From Candidatus Uhrbacteria bacterium GW2011_GWE2_46_68 (GTDB taxonomy: Bacteria > Patescibacteriota > Patescibacteriia > UBA9934 > GWF2-40-263): a DNA stretch of 64,000 bases. Below the pieces are notes generated by a model. That model was not told the DNA's origin. It saw only the letters and a program-made list of their open reading frames with translations, and ran no database searches. The stretch's first letter is position 1, and each line of letters starts with the position of its first letter. A program made the position numbers and the translations under genes. Shown piece by piece: positions 18,786-28,247 of this stretch. The DNA is taken from assembly GCA_001002765.1 (NCBI GenBank), contig LCMS01000010.1:123-64122 (forward strand), written 5' to 3'.

Positions 18786-20335
18786 CTTTCGATAATCCCA
18801 ATGGCAGCTTTAAACGGCGCTTCCACGATAAAATCAAAAAAGAAAAGAAAAATGTTCACACGTGGTGCACGCATGGCCATCCATCGCCCGGCACGCACAA
18901 TGGGCAAAAAGACAATATCGGCGATAAAGGTGAAAAGTCCTCCGGCGGTTTCCACGACCACCAAATCTTTTTTCGTCTGCCGGATCTTGAGACCGAAAAA
19001 CGCCACCAACATAAAAAAGAAAATGAAAAAGAGAATGGAAACAACGTTAAAAGCAAACAAATGAAGAATAAAAGAAATCACGCTTAATGTGAGAATAAAC
19101 GCGCCAACGTACAACACATTGAACACCATACCCAAAGCCCCTTTGGTCCAAGAACGACGCATCTTAAAGAGCACTAAAAAATCTTCTCCCCATCCGAATA
19201 ATCCTCGCGCTTCTTCCAAAATCTTTTCCGTATTACGTTTTCCCGGAACTTGAACGGTAAATCCAAGAAATGCCAAAAGAGCCGGAGGAAAAATAATATT
19301 CACAAACAGCGGGACGTAGTTGGTGGTGTGCAAGATGAACGTTTCGTATGGTGCTTCCAAAACAAGGGCCAACAACATCTTGGTAAAAAAGAGGAACACG
19401 GTAGCGCGAATCACTCCACGCGCCAATCGAGAACGAAAACGACTATATCGTTCTTGCGCCGCGCGCGTAAGCGCCGTCTCGATTTTTTCTTTTTGTGTAT
19501 TTTCAAATGCCTGATTAAATGCGTCCGGATCATCTTGAGTGATGTCGCGCAATAGATGGAACACGACGGCGTGACGGCGCATAAGACGATACAAAGAATC
19601 GCTCCCGGGATGTTGTAATTGATGCTCTGCGGTTTCCACAAACGCACTGAAGTTTTGTTCTACTTCTGCCACAACGGGATCTCCGGCTTGAGCTTTGCGC
19701 CACGTGGGAAAATACAACGTGAGCAAGCGAAACCGTAACATAGCGGGATTGGCTTTTAAAACAGAGCGATGAATCGCGATGAACAATTGAAGATCGCGAT
19801 CCTCTTCGGTCACAATCTTTGTGCTCCATTGCACACGTTTACGCATCTCCTGATACGCATATTGTGTCAGTGCCTCATCAACAAGCGGAGGATCCAACAG
19901 ATATTCGATTTCACACGTAAGCACGTCAAGGAGCCAATCATAATGGTCCTGACCTTTTTTGGAATCTTCGGGGAGTCCTGCAAAAAGTCCTTGATATTTG
20001 GAAAGAATTTGCGCAAGCTCCTCAATCTTTCTCTCCGGAATTTTTTTATTGGGAAAATAACGGGCCCAAATGAGCTCACGCAACAGATTGGTGGCAAGAT
20101 TGCGGTCCATCCCCTCTCCCATACGTCGTTTCAAAATGCGGCGAATCGCATTGCGCCGCAACAAATGATCCTCATCATACTCAAGTGTATTGCGCACAAT
20201 CTCATAGGCTGAGGCCGCAACCGAGAGTGTCTCATTGACTGTAATGACTTCTTCTTTGGGAGCCTCTTGCGCATCTTGTTTTACCCGCACAATGGTGCGC
20301 AGTAGGTGGTGGAGTGTTTGATCCATATAAAACAT
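18746..20335 (-). CDS. hypothetical polytopic membrane protein
   Basis: 529 aa. Soluble N-terminal half, C-terminal half with several hydrophobic helices. No recognisable domain. Confidence 0.5.
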   Translation of the reverse strand: MFYMDQTLHHLLRTIVRVKQDAQEAPKEEVITVNETLSVAASAYEIVRNTLEYDEDHLLRRNAIRRILKRRMGEGMDRNLATNLLRELIWARYFPNKKIPERKIEELAQILSKYQGLFAGLPEDSKKGQDHYDWLLDVLTCEIEYLLDPPLVDEALTQYAYQEMRKRVQWSTKIVTEEDRDLQLFIAIHRSVLKANPAMLRFRLLTLYFPTWRKAQAGDPVVAEVEQNFSAFVETAEHQLQHPGSDSLYRLMRRHAVVFHLLRDITQDDPDAFNQAFENTQKEKIETALTRAAQERYSRFRSRLARGVIRATVFLFFTKMLLALVLEAPYETFILHTTNYVPLFVNIIFPPALLAFLGFTVQVPGKRNTEKILEEARGLFGWGEDFLVLFKMRRSWTKGALGMVFNVLYVGAFILTLSVISFILHLFAFNVVSILFFIFFFMLVAFFGLKIRQTKKDLVVVETAGGLFTFIADIVFLPIVRAGRWMAMRAPRVNIFLFFFDFIVEAPFKAAIGIIESWLAFLREKKEEI

Positions 20336-21676
20336 CTAAACGATCAAAGGAAGAGGATGGATAACATCCGGTTTTCCCAAAACAATATTTTCAATGCGAT
20401 ACGTGCCGTGGGTCGGCGCCTCAACAAATCCGCTCCAAGCCATGCGCGCCACACCCCCTGACTGGATCCAATCAAATAACCATTCGTTTGTGTACCGAGG
20501 ATCGGCTTGCGGAATTCCGCCCCCCACATACTGCAACCATACTTGGTTGAACACTTCTTGAGACCCGATGGGGGGTGCAATGATAATGGGAATTCCAAGC
20601 CCGGTATAAAAAGACAGCTCACTTGGTTTGGTCCAAAGAATATCGGTTTCCTTAAGCCAATCGGTAAACCCATCAAAATATTCTTTGCGCGATGAATAGG
20701 AGGGAATGAGGATCGATTGTCCCAACTCTTGTTTGAGCCCAAGATCCAAAACAGCATCTTGAAAAAAACGCGCGACATCTTTGCGAGTGCCCGCCATCAA
20801 TATCAAACGAAGTTTCCCCTGTTTAAGTTCGCCCTTCAAACTGTTCAAAATATCCACGGCGATTTTTCGCTGCGCTCCGGCTCCTCCCACGCTATACAAA
20901 AGCGTAAGTGGACGATGACCGTCTTGTGTGATGCAAAACGATTTTCCCAGTTCGGCCTGAAGCGTTTTGAGATAACGATCTGTAAAAATACCTTGCGGAT
21001 CCAAGTGACACAGACGCTCGCGCATCCGTTCTTTAAGCGCGCCTGCGCGAGGACCGCCAATTAATTCTTTTGGAAGAGGAAAACCCGTTAAATGAATTTG
21101 TTCGGAACGTACACCATACAGTTTCAACCGCTCGGCGACGCGACCATTGGATGCAAAATAAATAATGCGACTCCGTTTAGGATCCAGGGGCGCCCAAGAA
21201 CGACTGACATCTGCGTCGGTTGTGATGCAATAAATCTTCCCGGGATAGTCAAAATAATCCGCGGCAAAGGCGGGAAGAAAAAACGTCGTCACCAGTGGCA
21301 CGGGATTTTCGCTTATCTTTTCAATCAAATGTTTGCCCATGCCTTTCTTAATCAAATGATACATTTCCCGCAACTGAATATTTGGTCTTGAAAGATCGCG
21401 CCGAGGATAAAAAGACGGAATCTGCTGCAAACGATCCATAGCGCCAAAAAGCATATCACCTACAACCGGAAGAGGTTTGAGTCTGGAAATCTTTTCATAC
21501 GCTTCACGGCTTTTACGCCAACGTTCTTTGTCTTCATCCGGAATCCCTTCATAATTATTCGCGGAAATCACTTCCCCACCTCCAAGATCGCGTAGTGCGT
21601 GCGCAGCACGGCTATGCCCATAGCCCATGTCCACATCCACCACCCAAGCCTGACGCGTTGTTTTTTTGACGGCCAT
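20336..21676 (-). CDS. putative GT28-like glycosyltransferase (MGDG synthase / UgtP / MurG-like fold)
   Basis: N-terminal G-rich loop VVDVDMGYGHSRAAHAL and a C-terminal TKPSELS...GIPIIIAPPIGSQE region, resembling MGD/UgtP-family lipid glycosyltransferases. The assignment is from motif resemblance only. Confidence 0.4.
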   Translation of the reverse strand: MAVKKTTRQAWVVDVDMGYGHSRAAHALRDLGGGEVISANNYEGIPDEDKERWRKSREAYEKISRLKPLPVVGDMLFGAMDRLQQIPSFYPRRDLSRPNIQLREMYHLIKKGMGKHLIEKISENPVPLVTTFFLPAFAADYFDYPGKIYCITTDADVSRSWAPLDPKRSRIIYFASNGRVAERLKLYGVRSEQIHLTGFPLPKELIGGPRAGALKERMRERLCHLDPQGIFTDRYLKTLQAELGKSFCITQDGHRPLTLLYSVGGAGAQRKIAVDILNSLKGELKQGKLRLILMAGTRKDVARFFQDAVLDLGLKQELGQSILIPSYSSRKEYFDGFTDWLKETDILWTKPSELSFYTGLGIPIIIAPPIGSQEVFNQVWLQYVGGGIPQADPRYTNEWLFDWIQSGGVARMAWSGFVEAPTHGTYRIENIVLGKPDVIHPLPLIV

Positions 21677-21681
21677 AAAAA

Positions 21682-22449
21682 TTAAAATAACGTGCGTTCC
21701 TCGGAATCTTTAATAAAAGCAAATGCCTCCTCTGCCGTATCCACGATGGAGACAAGATCCAGATCACCGGGCGCAATCGCTTGTTGAGTTTCCAATACTT
21801 GTGTCTTTATCCAAGCCCATAGAGGATCCCAATACTCCTTCCCCACCAAAATAACCGGGGTCTTTTGCATTTTGTGTGTTTGGATCAAGGTGATGATTTC
21901 AAAACATTCATCCAAAGTTCCAAACCCGCCGGGAAAATAAATATAGGCTTGAGCCGAAGCGGCAAGCATCACTTTGCGAGTGAAAAAATAATAAAACCCC
22001 CGACTGCGCTTTACATACGGATTGATGCGCTGTTCGGTAGGTAATTGAATATTAAGTCCGATGGATTCTCCTCCGTTCTCAAACGCTCCTCGATTGGCTG
22101 CTTCCATGATACCCGGGCCTCCGCCAGTGATCACCGTAAACTTATGCCTAGCCAACAGACTGCCAAGAGTGTATGCCTCGTTATACCAACGACTTCCTTC
22201 TCTTGTGCGTGCCGAGCCAAAAATTGTTACCTCACGGCTCGACTCGGATAAAAATTGAAACCCTTCCACAAACTCGGCCATAATACGAAAAATACGCCAA
22301 GTGATGTCATTCATGTTGGGCGGCTGTTTTGTCTCTTCGTGCTCCATGGTTGGAAGAGGAATGCGCACAGAGCCTTCTATCTTTTCCATGGTCTTTTCCA
22401 ACTCTTTGTGATGATTTTTTTTATGAAACATACGCTCCCATGATACCAC
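21682..22449 (-). CDS. LOG family protein (TIGR00730 Rossmann-fold nucleotide-binding / nucleotide 5'-monophosphate nucleosidase-like)
   Basis: Signature GGGPGIMEAANRGA...IYFPGGFGTLDE. Confidence 0.8.
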   Translation of the reverse strand: MVSWERMFHKKNHHKELEKTMEKIEGSVRIPLPTMEHEETKQPPNMNDITWRIFRIMAEFVEGFQFLSESSREVTIFGSARTREGSRWYNEAYTLGSLLARHKFTVITGGGPGIMEAANRGAFENGGESIGLNIQLPTEQRINPYVKRSRGFYYFFTRKVMLAASAQAYIYFPGGFGTLDECFEIITLIQTHKMQKTPVILVGKEYWDPLWAWIKTQVLETQQAIAPGDLDLVSIVDTAEEAFAFIKDSEERTLF

Positions 22450-22476
22450 ACCGCCCCTTTCCCTCTGTGTACAGAA

Positions 22477-22965
22477 TTATTCTTCTTGGATCAGAAAAGA
22501 CATGAGAATCCATACACCTTCTGCGTCGGTCAAAGGAATTTCTTCGTTCGATGTTGTGACAACGGCATAACAGACTTCTCCTGCAAAAACTTTTCGCTGG
22601 AGCGAGATGGAAACATCTTCGTGCAATCCTTCTTTCAATGCTGCCGACCCGATCAGTTTTCCCGGCGCACCGTCGTCATTATCAAAAATCGCTATAAATC
22701 CTGTTTGGGATATCGTAACCGATGCAACGGTTACTTCTTGTCCTTCTGGTTGATCAGCCATCAATACACCTGATCTTGTCTGTGTGATCATGGACGCATA
22801 ATGATCTTCGCGCAATTGCCACTGGGTTTCATCGAGTGCATCTTTTGTGGGATCACTTATGGGAACCGAGGGTTGGCTTAGAAGAATTCCGATAATCGCA
22901 ATCGCAATGACACCAAGCCATAAAGTCCACGTCAAAGGAATGATGGGTTGTTTTTTGAAAAACAT
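22477..22965 (-). CDS. hypothetical small membrane-anchored/secreted protein
   Basis: 162 aa. N-terminal TM helix (LTWTLWLGVIAIAIIGILL). Confidence 0.4.
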   Translation of the reverse strand: MFFKKQPIIPLTWTLWLGVIAIAIIGILLSQPSVPISDPTKDALDETQWQLREDHYASMITQTRSGVLMADQPEGQEVTVASVTISQTGFIAIFDNDDGAPGKLIGSAALKEGLHEDVSISLQRKVFAGEVCYAVVTTSNEEIPLTDAEGVWILMSFLIQEE

Positions 22966-22977
22966 AAGGGACGGGGG

Positions 22978-24287
22978 TTAAACGATCACAGAGGAGCGAA
23001 CGCCGATGTTCTCATTCTGATCACCAGAACCTTCTATACCGAGGCAAACACAACGAACGCCATGATTCCAAAACGCGCTTAGTACAAGGACGGAGGAAGA
23101 AAAAAAAGCGCCTGTAAGACAACTGTAACTTTCAGTGTTTATTACATTATATGCATCATCAAGCGGCTCCTCTCTCTCAGAAAAGTGTGTCATAAAAGCC
23201 ATGATCCAGTCCTCTGGAGTCATACCGAACTCTTGAAAGTAAGGTGAGTCTGGATCGTCTTGAGCGTTTTGAAGAATGGAAAGATATTCATTGGGGGTTT
23301 TGTTTGCTTCAAGAGGAGGACGTGAAGTGAGCTTTCCTTGGGGTGTTCCTTGACCTTGTCGGGGAATAGAAGAAAAACCTATGGGAGTCTCCATGTCTTG
23401 GTCATCTAGGTTTGAAGGTTGAAAAAGATGAACGGTCCAACCGGGGGTTCCCAATCCCTTCTCTCCTGCCACCCCTGCGGAGGCAGGGGTCCATCGTCCT
23501 TCTGTTTGTTCTTCGAGTATCTGTGCTTTTGTTTTCCCCCATGACCTTTTTTTTGTAAAAGACTGTGGATAATAGACAAGGTTTGGAGAATCCCCCATGT
23601 CTGCTCCTTGATAGTCTTCCCACGTCCAGAGAGGATTGTTGATATCCAAATAAAAATCAGGATGGGACCCCTTATATCTAAGAATGAATCGTTTAAACGT
23701 TTCACAAAGGGAATCAAGGCTCATACCAAAGGGAACAAGGAGGAGTTTAGTAAAGCCTTGATCGTGTTTGGTGTGGAGAGTCTCACGGCGTTCAAACAGA
23801 CGCATGGCGATACTCCTTCTTTAAGTATTCCCGCTTCTTTAAGAAGGTTGAATTGAAAAGTGTATTGTTCACGAAGATGGTAAAACTCTTCGGCATACTC
23901 GAGGGCTTCGGCATAGTCTTCTTTCTTTGGTTCCCCATTCTTGAGAAGATATTCAAAACGTTCGAGAAGATTGGCAAGTCGTTCAAGGTCTTGGGTGGAG
24001 AGTTTGCTAGTAGCCTCACGGAGAGCGGCAGGTTTAGCAAGAGCAGCTTTGGGAATCCCATGAGCTTTTGTAAAATCAATGATCTCTTGTCGCAGAGTTT
24101 CAAAGTGTGCGCGATATTGTTCGGGCAAAGAATCACGAACACTTGAAACCGAATCCATGATGGCCTCATGGAGAGTAGCGGATAAAGGAGGTTCAGAAGA
24201 CAGCGTCCCCCTTCGTCCCGCCGTTGGCGGGACTTCGGAGGGACAGTTTTCACTTTTTGTGAAAACTGTTGGTCGAAAAAGAGACAT
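22978..24287 (-). pseudogene. member of the multi-copy paralogous family disrupted by an internal deletion/frameshift
   Basis: The N-terminal part (23721..24287) and C-terminal part (22978..23805) are in different frames. Alignment with the intact copy near 56400 shows loss of about 50 nt around 23800. Confidence 0.55.
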
Positions 24288-24398
24288 AAAATTAAGATAG
24301 CAACCTTAAAAATATTTTCTCAAATTAAGGAGCATCTCTATGGTACAGAAAAAAATCCTGAAGGTCATGCGTTTTCTTCACAATCCAGCCTAAATCCC

Positions 24399-24427
24399 TT
24401 GCCAAAACAAAGACCTTTGGTTATACT
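24399..24427 (+). promoter_or_regulatory. sigma70-like promoter candidate for rpmB (TTGCCA-N17-TATACT)
   Basis: TTGCCA at 24399-24404, 17-nt spacer, TATACT at 24422-24427, about 25 nt upstream of the rpmB ATG (24452). Confidence 0.4.
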
Positions 24428-24451
24428 CCTGCCATACTATCGAACATATTT

Positions 24452-24691
24452 ATGACAAAAACTTGCGTTGTTACCGGTAAAAAAATCACTATGGGATTCA
24501 ATGTGAGCCATTCCAAGCGCCACACCAAAAAGATTTTACGCCCCAATCAAATCAAACGTAGCCTATTAAATCCTGCCACGGGACGTATGGTCACCGTAGT
24601 CATCTCCTCCCGCGGTCTGCGCACACTCAAAAAATGGCAACGGGAAGGAAAAATCTACAATCTTGCTGAAATGGCAAAAAAGGGTCTATAA
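24452..24691 (+). CDS. rpmB: 50S ribosomal protein L28
   Basis: 79 aa. MTKTCVVTGKK...HSKRHTKK...RMVTVVISSRGLRTL matches the L28 family pattern. Confidence 0.85.
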   Translation: MTKTCVVTGKKITMGFNVSHSKRHTKKILRPNQIKRSLLNPATGRMVTVVISSRGLRTLKKWQREGKIYNLAEMAKKGL

Positions 24692-24697
24692 ACAAAC

Positions 24698-24722
24698 TGC
24701 CGGGAAACCGGCAGCTTTTGTT
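24698..24722. terminator. bidirectional rho-independent terminator between convergent rpmB and hflX
   Basis: CTGCCGG-GAAA-CCGGCAG hairpin followed by CTTTTGTT on the plus strand and TTTGTTTAT on the minus strand. Confidence 0.55.
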
Positions 24723-24724
24723 AC

Positions 24725-25810
24725 CTACAGTTTTGATTCAATCATTTCTATCAAATCTCCTATCCCCTTTTCTTCTTGAGAAGAAACCCAAACGTGCACA
24801 GTATCTCCCAATTTTTGATCTATTATTTTACGTTGCTTTGAAGTGACTTGATCGGACTTGTGACAAATCAAGATACGAGGTTTATCACTAATCCCCAATC
24901 GTTTAAGAATGTCTTCCACCACCTGAAGATGTTGCCAAAGATGAGAATCTGAAGCATCAAGAACCTGAAGAAGGATGTCCGCCTCGACAGCCTCAGAAAG
25001 TGTGGAGGTAAAAGCACTGATCAATTCGGGTGGAAGTTGTTTGATAAAACCGATGGTATCAGAAACCAAAATCTTGGATTGCACATGAGGAAGCCAAAGA
25101 GATCCTACACGAGTATCAAGCGTAGCAAACAATTTATTGGCCGCATATTCGCGACGACCGGTAAGCGCATTTAGTAAAGTGGTTTTGCCCGCATTGGTAT
25201 AACCGACAATGGAAATGGTCTTTAATCCTTTCCTGCGGCGAAAAATACGATGACCTTCGCGCACCACCTGACACTTATCAAGCTTTTCTTTGATCAACTT
25301 TTCTCGTTCGCTTAAATGTCTCCGCATAATCTCGGTATTGGTTTCTCCAATGCCCGAGGTGCCAATACCTCCTCCCTGGCGAGATAATTCCATCCCCATG
25401 CCAAATATCCGCGGCCCCATGTGACGAATGCTTGCGAGTTCGATTTCCAACTTCGCTTCTGTCGTATGTGCATGCTTGGCAAAAATCTTTAAAATAAGAT
25501 CAATGCGGTCCCACACTTCAATTTTTACCGAACGCAATTGTTCGCTGATTTCATAAATCTGTCTTGGCTTCAAAAGATCGTTGATAACCAAAAGATCAGC
25601 GTGCAGAAGTTTCCCTTCCTCTCCTAGCTGTTTGATTTTTCCTGTTCCCAAAAAAGTTTTTGGATGAGGAGCAAATCGCCGCTGAAATGTTTTTACGACA
25701 ACAATGCCTCCGTAGGTGGAAACGAGTTCTTCCAATTCTTGCATGCGCTCCAAACTCTGCACTCCACGCATACAAGGATGAATCACATCTGCTAAAATTG
25801 CCTTACGCAT
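24725..25810 (-). CDS. hflX: GTPase HflX
   Basis: N-terminal HflX domain plus G-domain with G1 GYTNAGKTTLLN, G3 DTIGF and G4 HKSD. Confidence 0.85.
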   Translation of the reverse strand: MRKAILADVIHPCMRGVQSLERMQELEELVSTYGGIVVVKTFQRRFAPHPKTFLGTGKIKQLGEEGKLLHADLLVINDLLKPRQIYEISEQLRSVKIEVWDRIDLILKIFAKHAHTTEAKLEIELASIRHMGPRIFGMGMELSRQGGGIGTSGIGETNTEIMRRHLSEREKLIKEKLDKCQVVREGHRIFRRRKGLKTISIVGYTNAGKTTLLNALTGRREYAANKLFATLDTRVGSLWLPHVQSKILVSDTIGFIKQLPPELISAFTSTLSEAVEADILLQVLDASDSHLWQHLQVVEDILKRLGISDKPRILICHKSDQVTSKQRKIIDQKLGDTVHVWVSSQEEKGIGDLIEMIESKL

Positions 25811-25828
25811 ATAACGCCAGTCTCACAA

Positions 25829-25858
25829 AAGCAGAGGCTTTGGGCCTCTGCTTTTTTC
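25829..25858. terminator. hairpin terminator candidate downstream of hup
   Basis: AGCAGAGGC-TTTG-GGCCTCTGCT stem-loop flanked by T-runs (TTTTTTC on plus, TTTTGTG on minus). Confidence 0.45.
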
Positions 25859-25864
25859 TTTGTG

Positions 25865-26146
25865 TTAAAGAACGGCGTCCTTCACCTGCTTTGCAACACG
25901 GAACTTCACGACAGTCTTGGCTGGAATATTGATCGTGGCTCCTGTGGCTGGATTGCGGCCCATGCGAGCAGCACGTGACTTTTTTACAAGCTTTCCAAGT
26001 CCTGGGAGACTAAACTCGCCGCTGGCTCGCACTTCGCGATATGCCATTTCAACAAGCTTGTCCCACGCCGTGGTGGCTGTCTTTTTTGGAACGCCGAGCG
26101 TCTCGGATAATGCGTTCATGAATTGACCTTTGGTCATCTTTGCCAT
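25865..26146 (-). CDS. hup: DNA-binding protein HU
   Basis: 93 aa. MAKMTKGQFMNALSE...GEFSLPGLGKL...RMGRNPATGATINIPAK is typical of the HU/IHF fold. Confidence 0.85.
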   Translation of the reverse strand: MAKMTKGQFMNALSETLGVPKKTATTAWDKLVEMAYREVRASGEFSLPGLGKLVKKSRAARMGRNPATGATINIPAKTVVKFRVAKQVKDAVL

Positions 26147-26407
26147 ATATGAAAAACTTAAAAATTACGCAAATATCGTAACATATTGCGAGATTCCTGC
26201 CTATCAAAAAGCAAGGGTAAACTGTCGGAGGGTATAAACAAAAAATAATTCCAAAAGGAAAAACGTATGGATAAAAAGGTTTTGTAAACAAAAAATGGCT
26301 AAAAAGAGCCATTTTATCTCATACTTTTAAAAATCTTTCTTGAAAATATTTTATCCACTTTTCTCTTTCCTTTTTTCTAAAATCTCCAAAAATATCCACA
26401 ATCCCCT

Positions 26408-26917
26408 TCATCTTTTCCATGTTTTCACTCTTTCCAAAGCAAGGTGGATAATCGGTCGCACATCCACATAACTTGACTCTTTAAGCACATCTTGTGCGGG
26501 GACCCAACGCGTTTCATAGGTATGTTCGGAAGGAACGGGATGGATCTTGGCATCCTCTGGCGCTTCAAAAAGAAAGTAGTGGATATCCTTATGTACAAGC
26601 GCTCCTTTTTTCTCAAATCGATCTTTAAACCAAATATCAATCTTCCCTAAATACTCAACGAGCTGAATCCGTTCAAGTCCAAGCTCTTCCATGGTTTCAC
26701 GCGCTGCAGCATCCTCAAGTTCCTCGCCCTTTTCCACTCGACCTTTTGGAAAAGACCATTGGCCGTAAGAATCTTTCATAATCGCGAACACAAAACCGTC
26801 TCTCCATCGCTTGACGACTATTCCGCCGGCAGAAATTTCGGATACATGAGGAGGTCGGCGTCGTGGAGGTAACGCTTGTTTATTCTTGGGCAAACGTGCT
26901 TTCGAGGGTGCTTTCAT
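26408..26917 (-). CDS. NUDIX hydrolase
   Basis: NUDIX box GRVEKGEELEDAAARETMEELGL. The track ORF extends to 27061, overlapping ctp. The start was adjusted to the internal Met MKAPSKAR. Confidence 0.6.
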   Translation of the reverse strand: MKAPSKARLPKNKQALPPRRRPPHVSEISAGGIVVKRWRDGFVFAIMKDSYGQWSFPKGRVEKGEELEDAAARETMEELGLERIQLVEYLGKIDIWFKDRFEKKGALVHKDIHYFLFEAPEDAKIHPVPSEHTYETRWVPAQDVLKESSYVDVRPIIHLALERVKTWKR

Positions 26918-28178
26918 AACTGTGCAAAAGAATGTCGATGGCTTTATCTTTTTGAGGATCAATCCCTGCTTGATATTCCTCAAGCGTATACTCCACTTCA
27001 ATATCAGGAGCAATTCCTGTTTCGTTAATGGAACGACCATTTGGCGTATACCACTGTGCAATCGTCACTTTGACAGCCGAACCGTCCGGCAACTCTTGAT
27101 AGTCCTGAACCGACCCTTTTCCAAACGTCTGTGCCCCGACCAAAATTGCGACATGATAATCTTGCAAAGCCCCGGAAACAATTTCAGAGGCAGAAGCGCT
27201 CCCTTCATTCACTAAAATAACGGTGGGGACCCCCTCAAGACGTGCGGAAAGAAAGCCCGCATAGGCTTGAGCGTTTTCTTGCGCTTTCTCGATTACGATT
27301 ATTTCGTCTCCCACCCAAAGAGAGGCAATGTCGATTGCCGAAGTGAGAAGACCTCCCGGATTTCCACGTACATCTAAAATGATTCCTTGGACATTGGATG
27401 TGAGAGCTTCATTCACGGCCTCTTGGAATAACGCCAGTGTATCAGAATTAAAAGTGGAAATTTTTATAGTCATGAGACGGTTCTCATCTGTTTCCCATCG
27501 CACACTATCCACGACAATGGTATCTCGAGTGACGGAAACTTCTACAATCTCCACCCCTCCTTGACGGCCAATCGTAAGAACAACTTGAGTTCCACCCTCT
27601 CCGCGAATTTTTGAAACTGCTTCTTCCACAGCCATTCCCGTTGTCATAACGTCATCGATCGCCAGAATCCAATCTCCGATTAGAAGCCCCGCTTTTTCTG
27701 CAGGAGTCCCTGGAAGCGGAGAGACGATTTGGAGTTGATCGTTTTTCACACCAATCTCTGCTCCAATTCCTTCAAAGGTTCCGTTGATCTCATTGATAAA
27801 CTTTTCCGCCTCCTCCGGAGTAAAAAAAGTGGAGTAATCATCTTCAAGTCCGTTGAGCATTCCTTGCATGGCGCCGTAATACAAATCAGTTTCCGAAACC
27901 GGCTGTTTGTAATATTGTTCTTTGATGTAATTCCAGACATCCCAAAATTGTTGAAAATCAATATCTTCGGATATATCTTTGGGCGTATCGTTTTTATTAA
28001 CAACCTCTCCCTCTCCCGCAGGAACTTCACTACGACGCTCGTGTAATTCGCCTGTGTACCACCCCACACCAAATGACGTGATGGTGCTGAAAAGAAAAAA
28101 AAGAAGAAGAATGGAAAAAGAGATGCGTGAATGTGAATGGATCATAAAAATATGCTCCCAGGATACCGTGTGAAACAA
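26880..28178 (-). CDS. ctp: carboxy-terminal processing (tail-specific) peptidase, S41 family, with PDZ domain
   Basis: N-terminal TM. PDZ region (GLLIGDWILAIDD). Catalytic-region motifs ILDVRGNPGG and SASASEIVSGALQD. Confidence 0.8.
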   Translation of the reverse strand: MFHTVSWEHIFMIHSHSRISFSILLLFFLFSTITSFGVGWYTGELHERRSEVPAGEGEVVNKNDTPKDISEDIDFQQFWDVWNYIKEQYYKQPVSETDLYYGAMQGMLNGLEDDYSTFFTPEEAEKFINEINGTFEGIGAEIGVKNDQLQIVSPLPGTPAEKAGLLIGDWILAIDDVMTTGMAVEEAVSKIRGEGGTQVVLTIGRQGGVEIVEVSVTRDTIVVDSVRWETDENRLMTIKISTFNSDTLALFQEAVNEALTSNVQGIILDVRGNPGGLLTSAIDIASLWVGDEIIVIEKAQENAQAYAGFLSARLEGVPTVILVNEGSASASEIVSGALQDYHVAILVGAQTFGKGSVQDYQELPDGSAVKVTIAQWYTPNGRSINETGIAPDIEVEYTLEEYQAGIDPQKDKAIDILLHSYESTLESTFAQE

Positions 28179-28247
28179 GGTGCGTCAAAAAGAAAAATTA
28201 AGCGTGACGAAAGCGTAGAGGTTCGCTACAATGCCAATATTCTTTCT

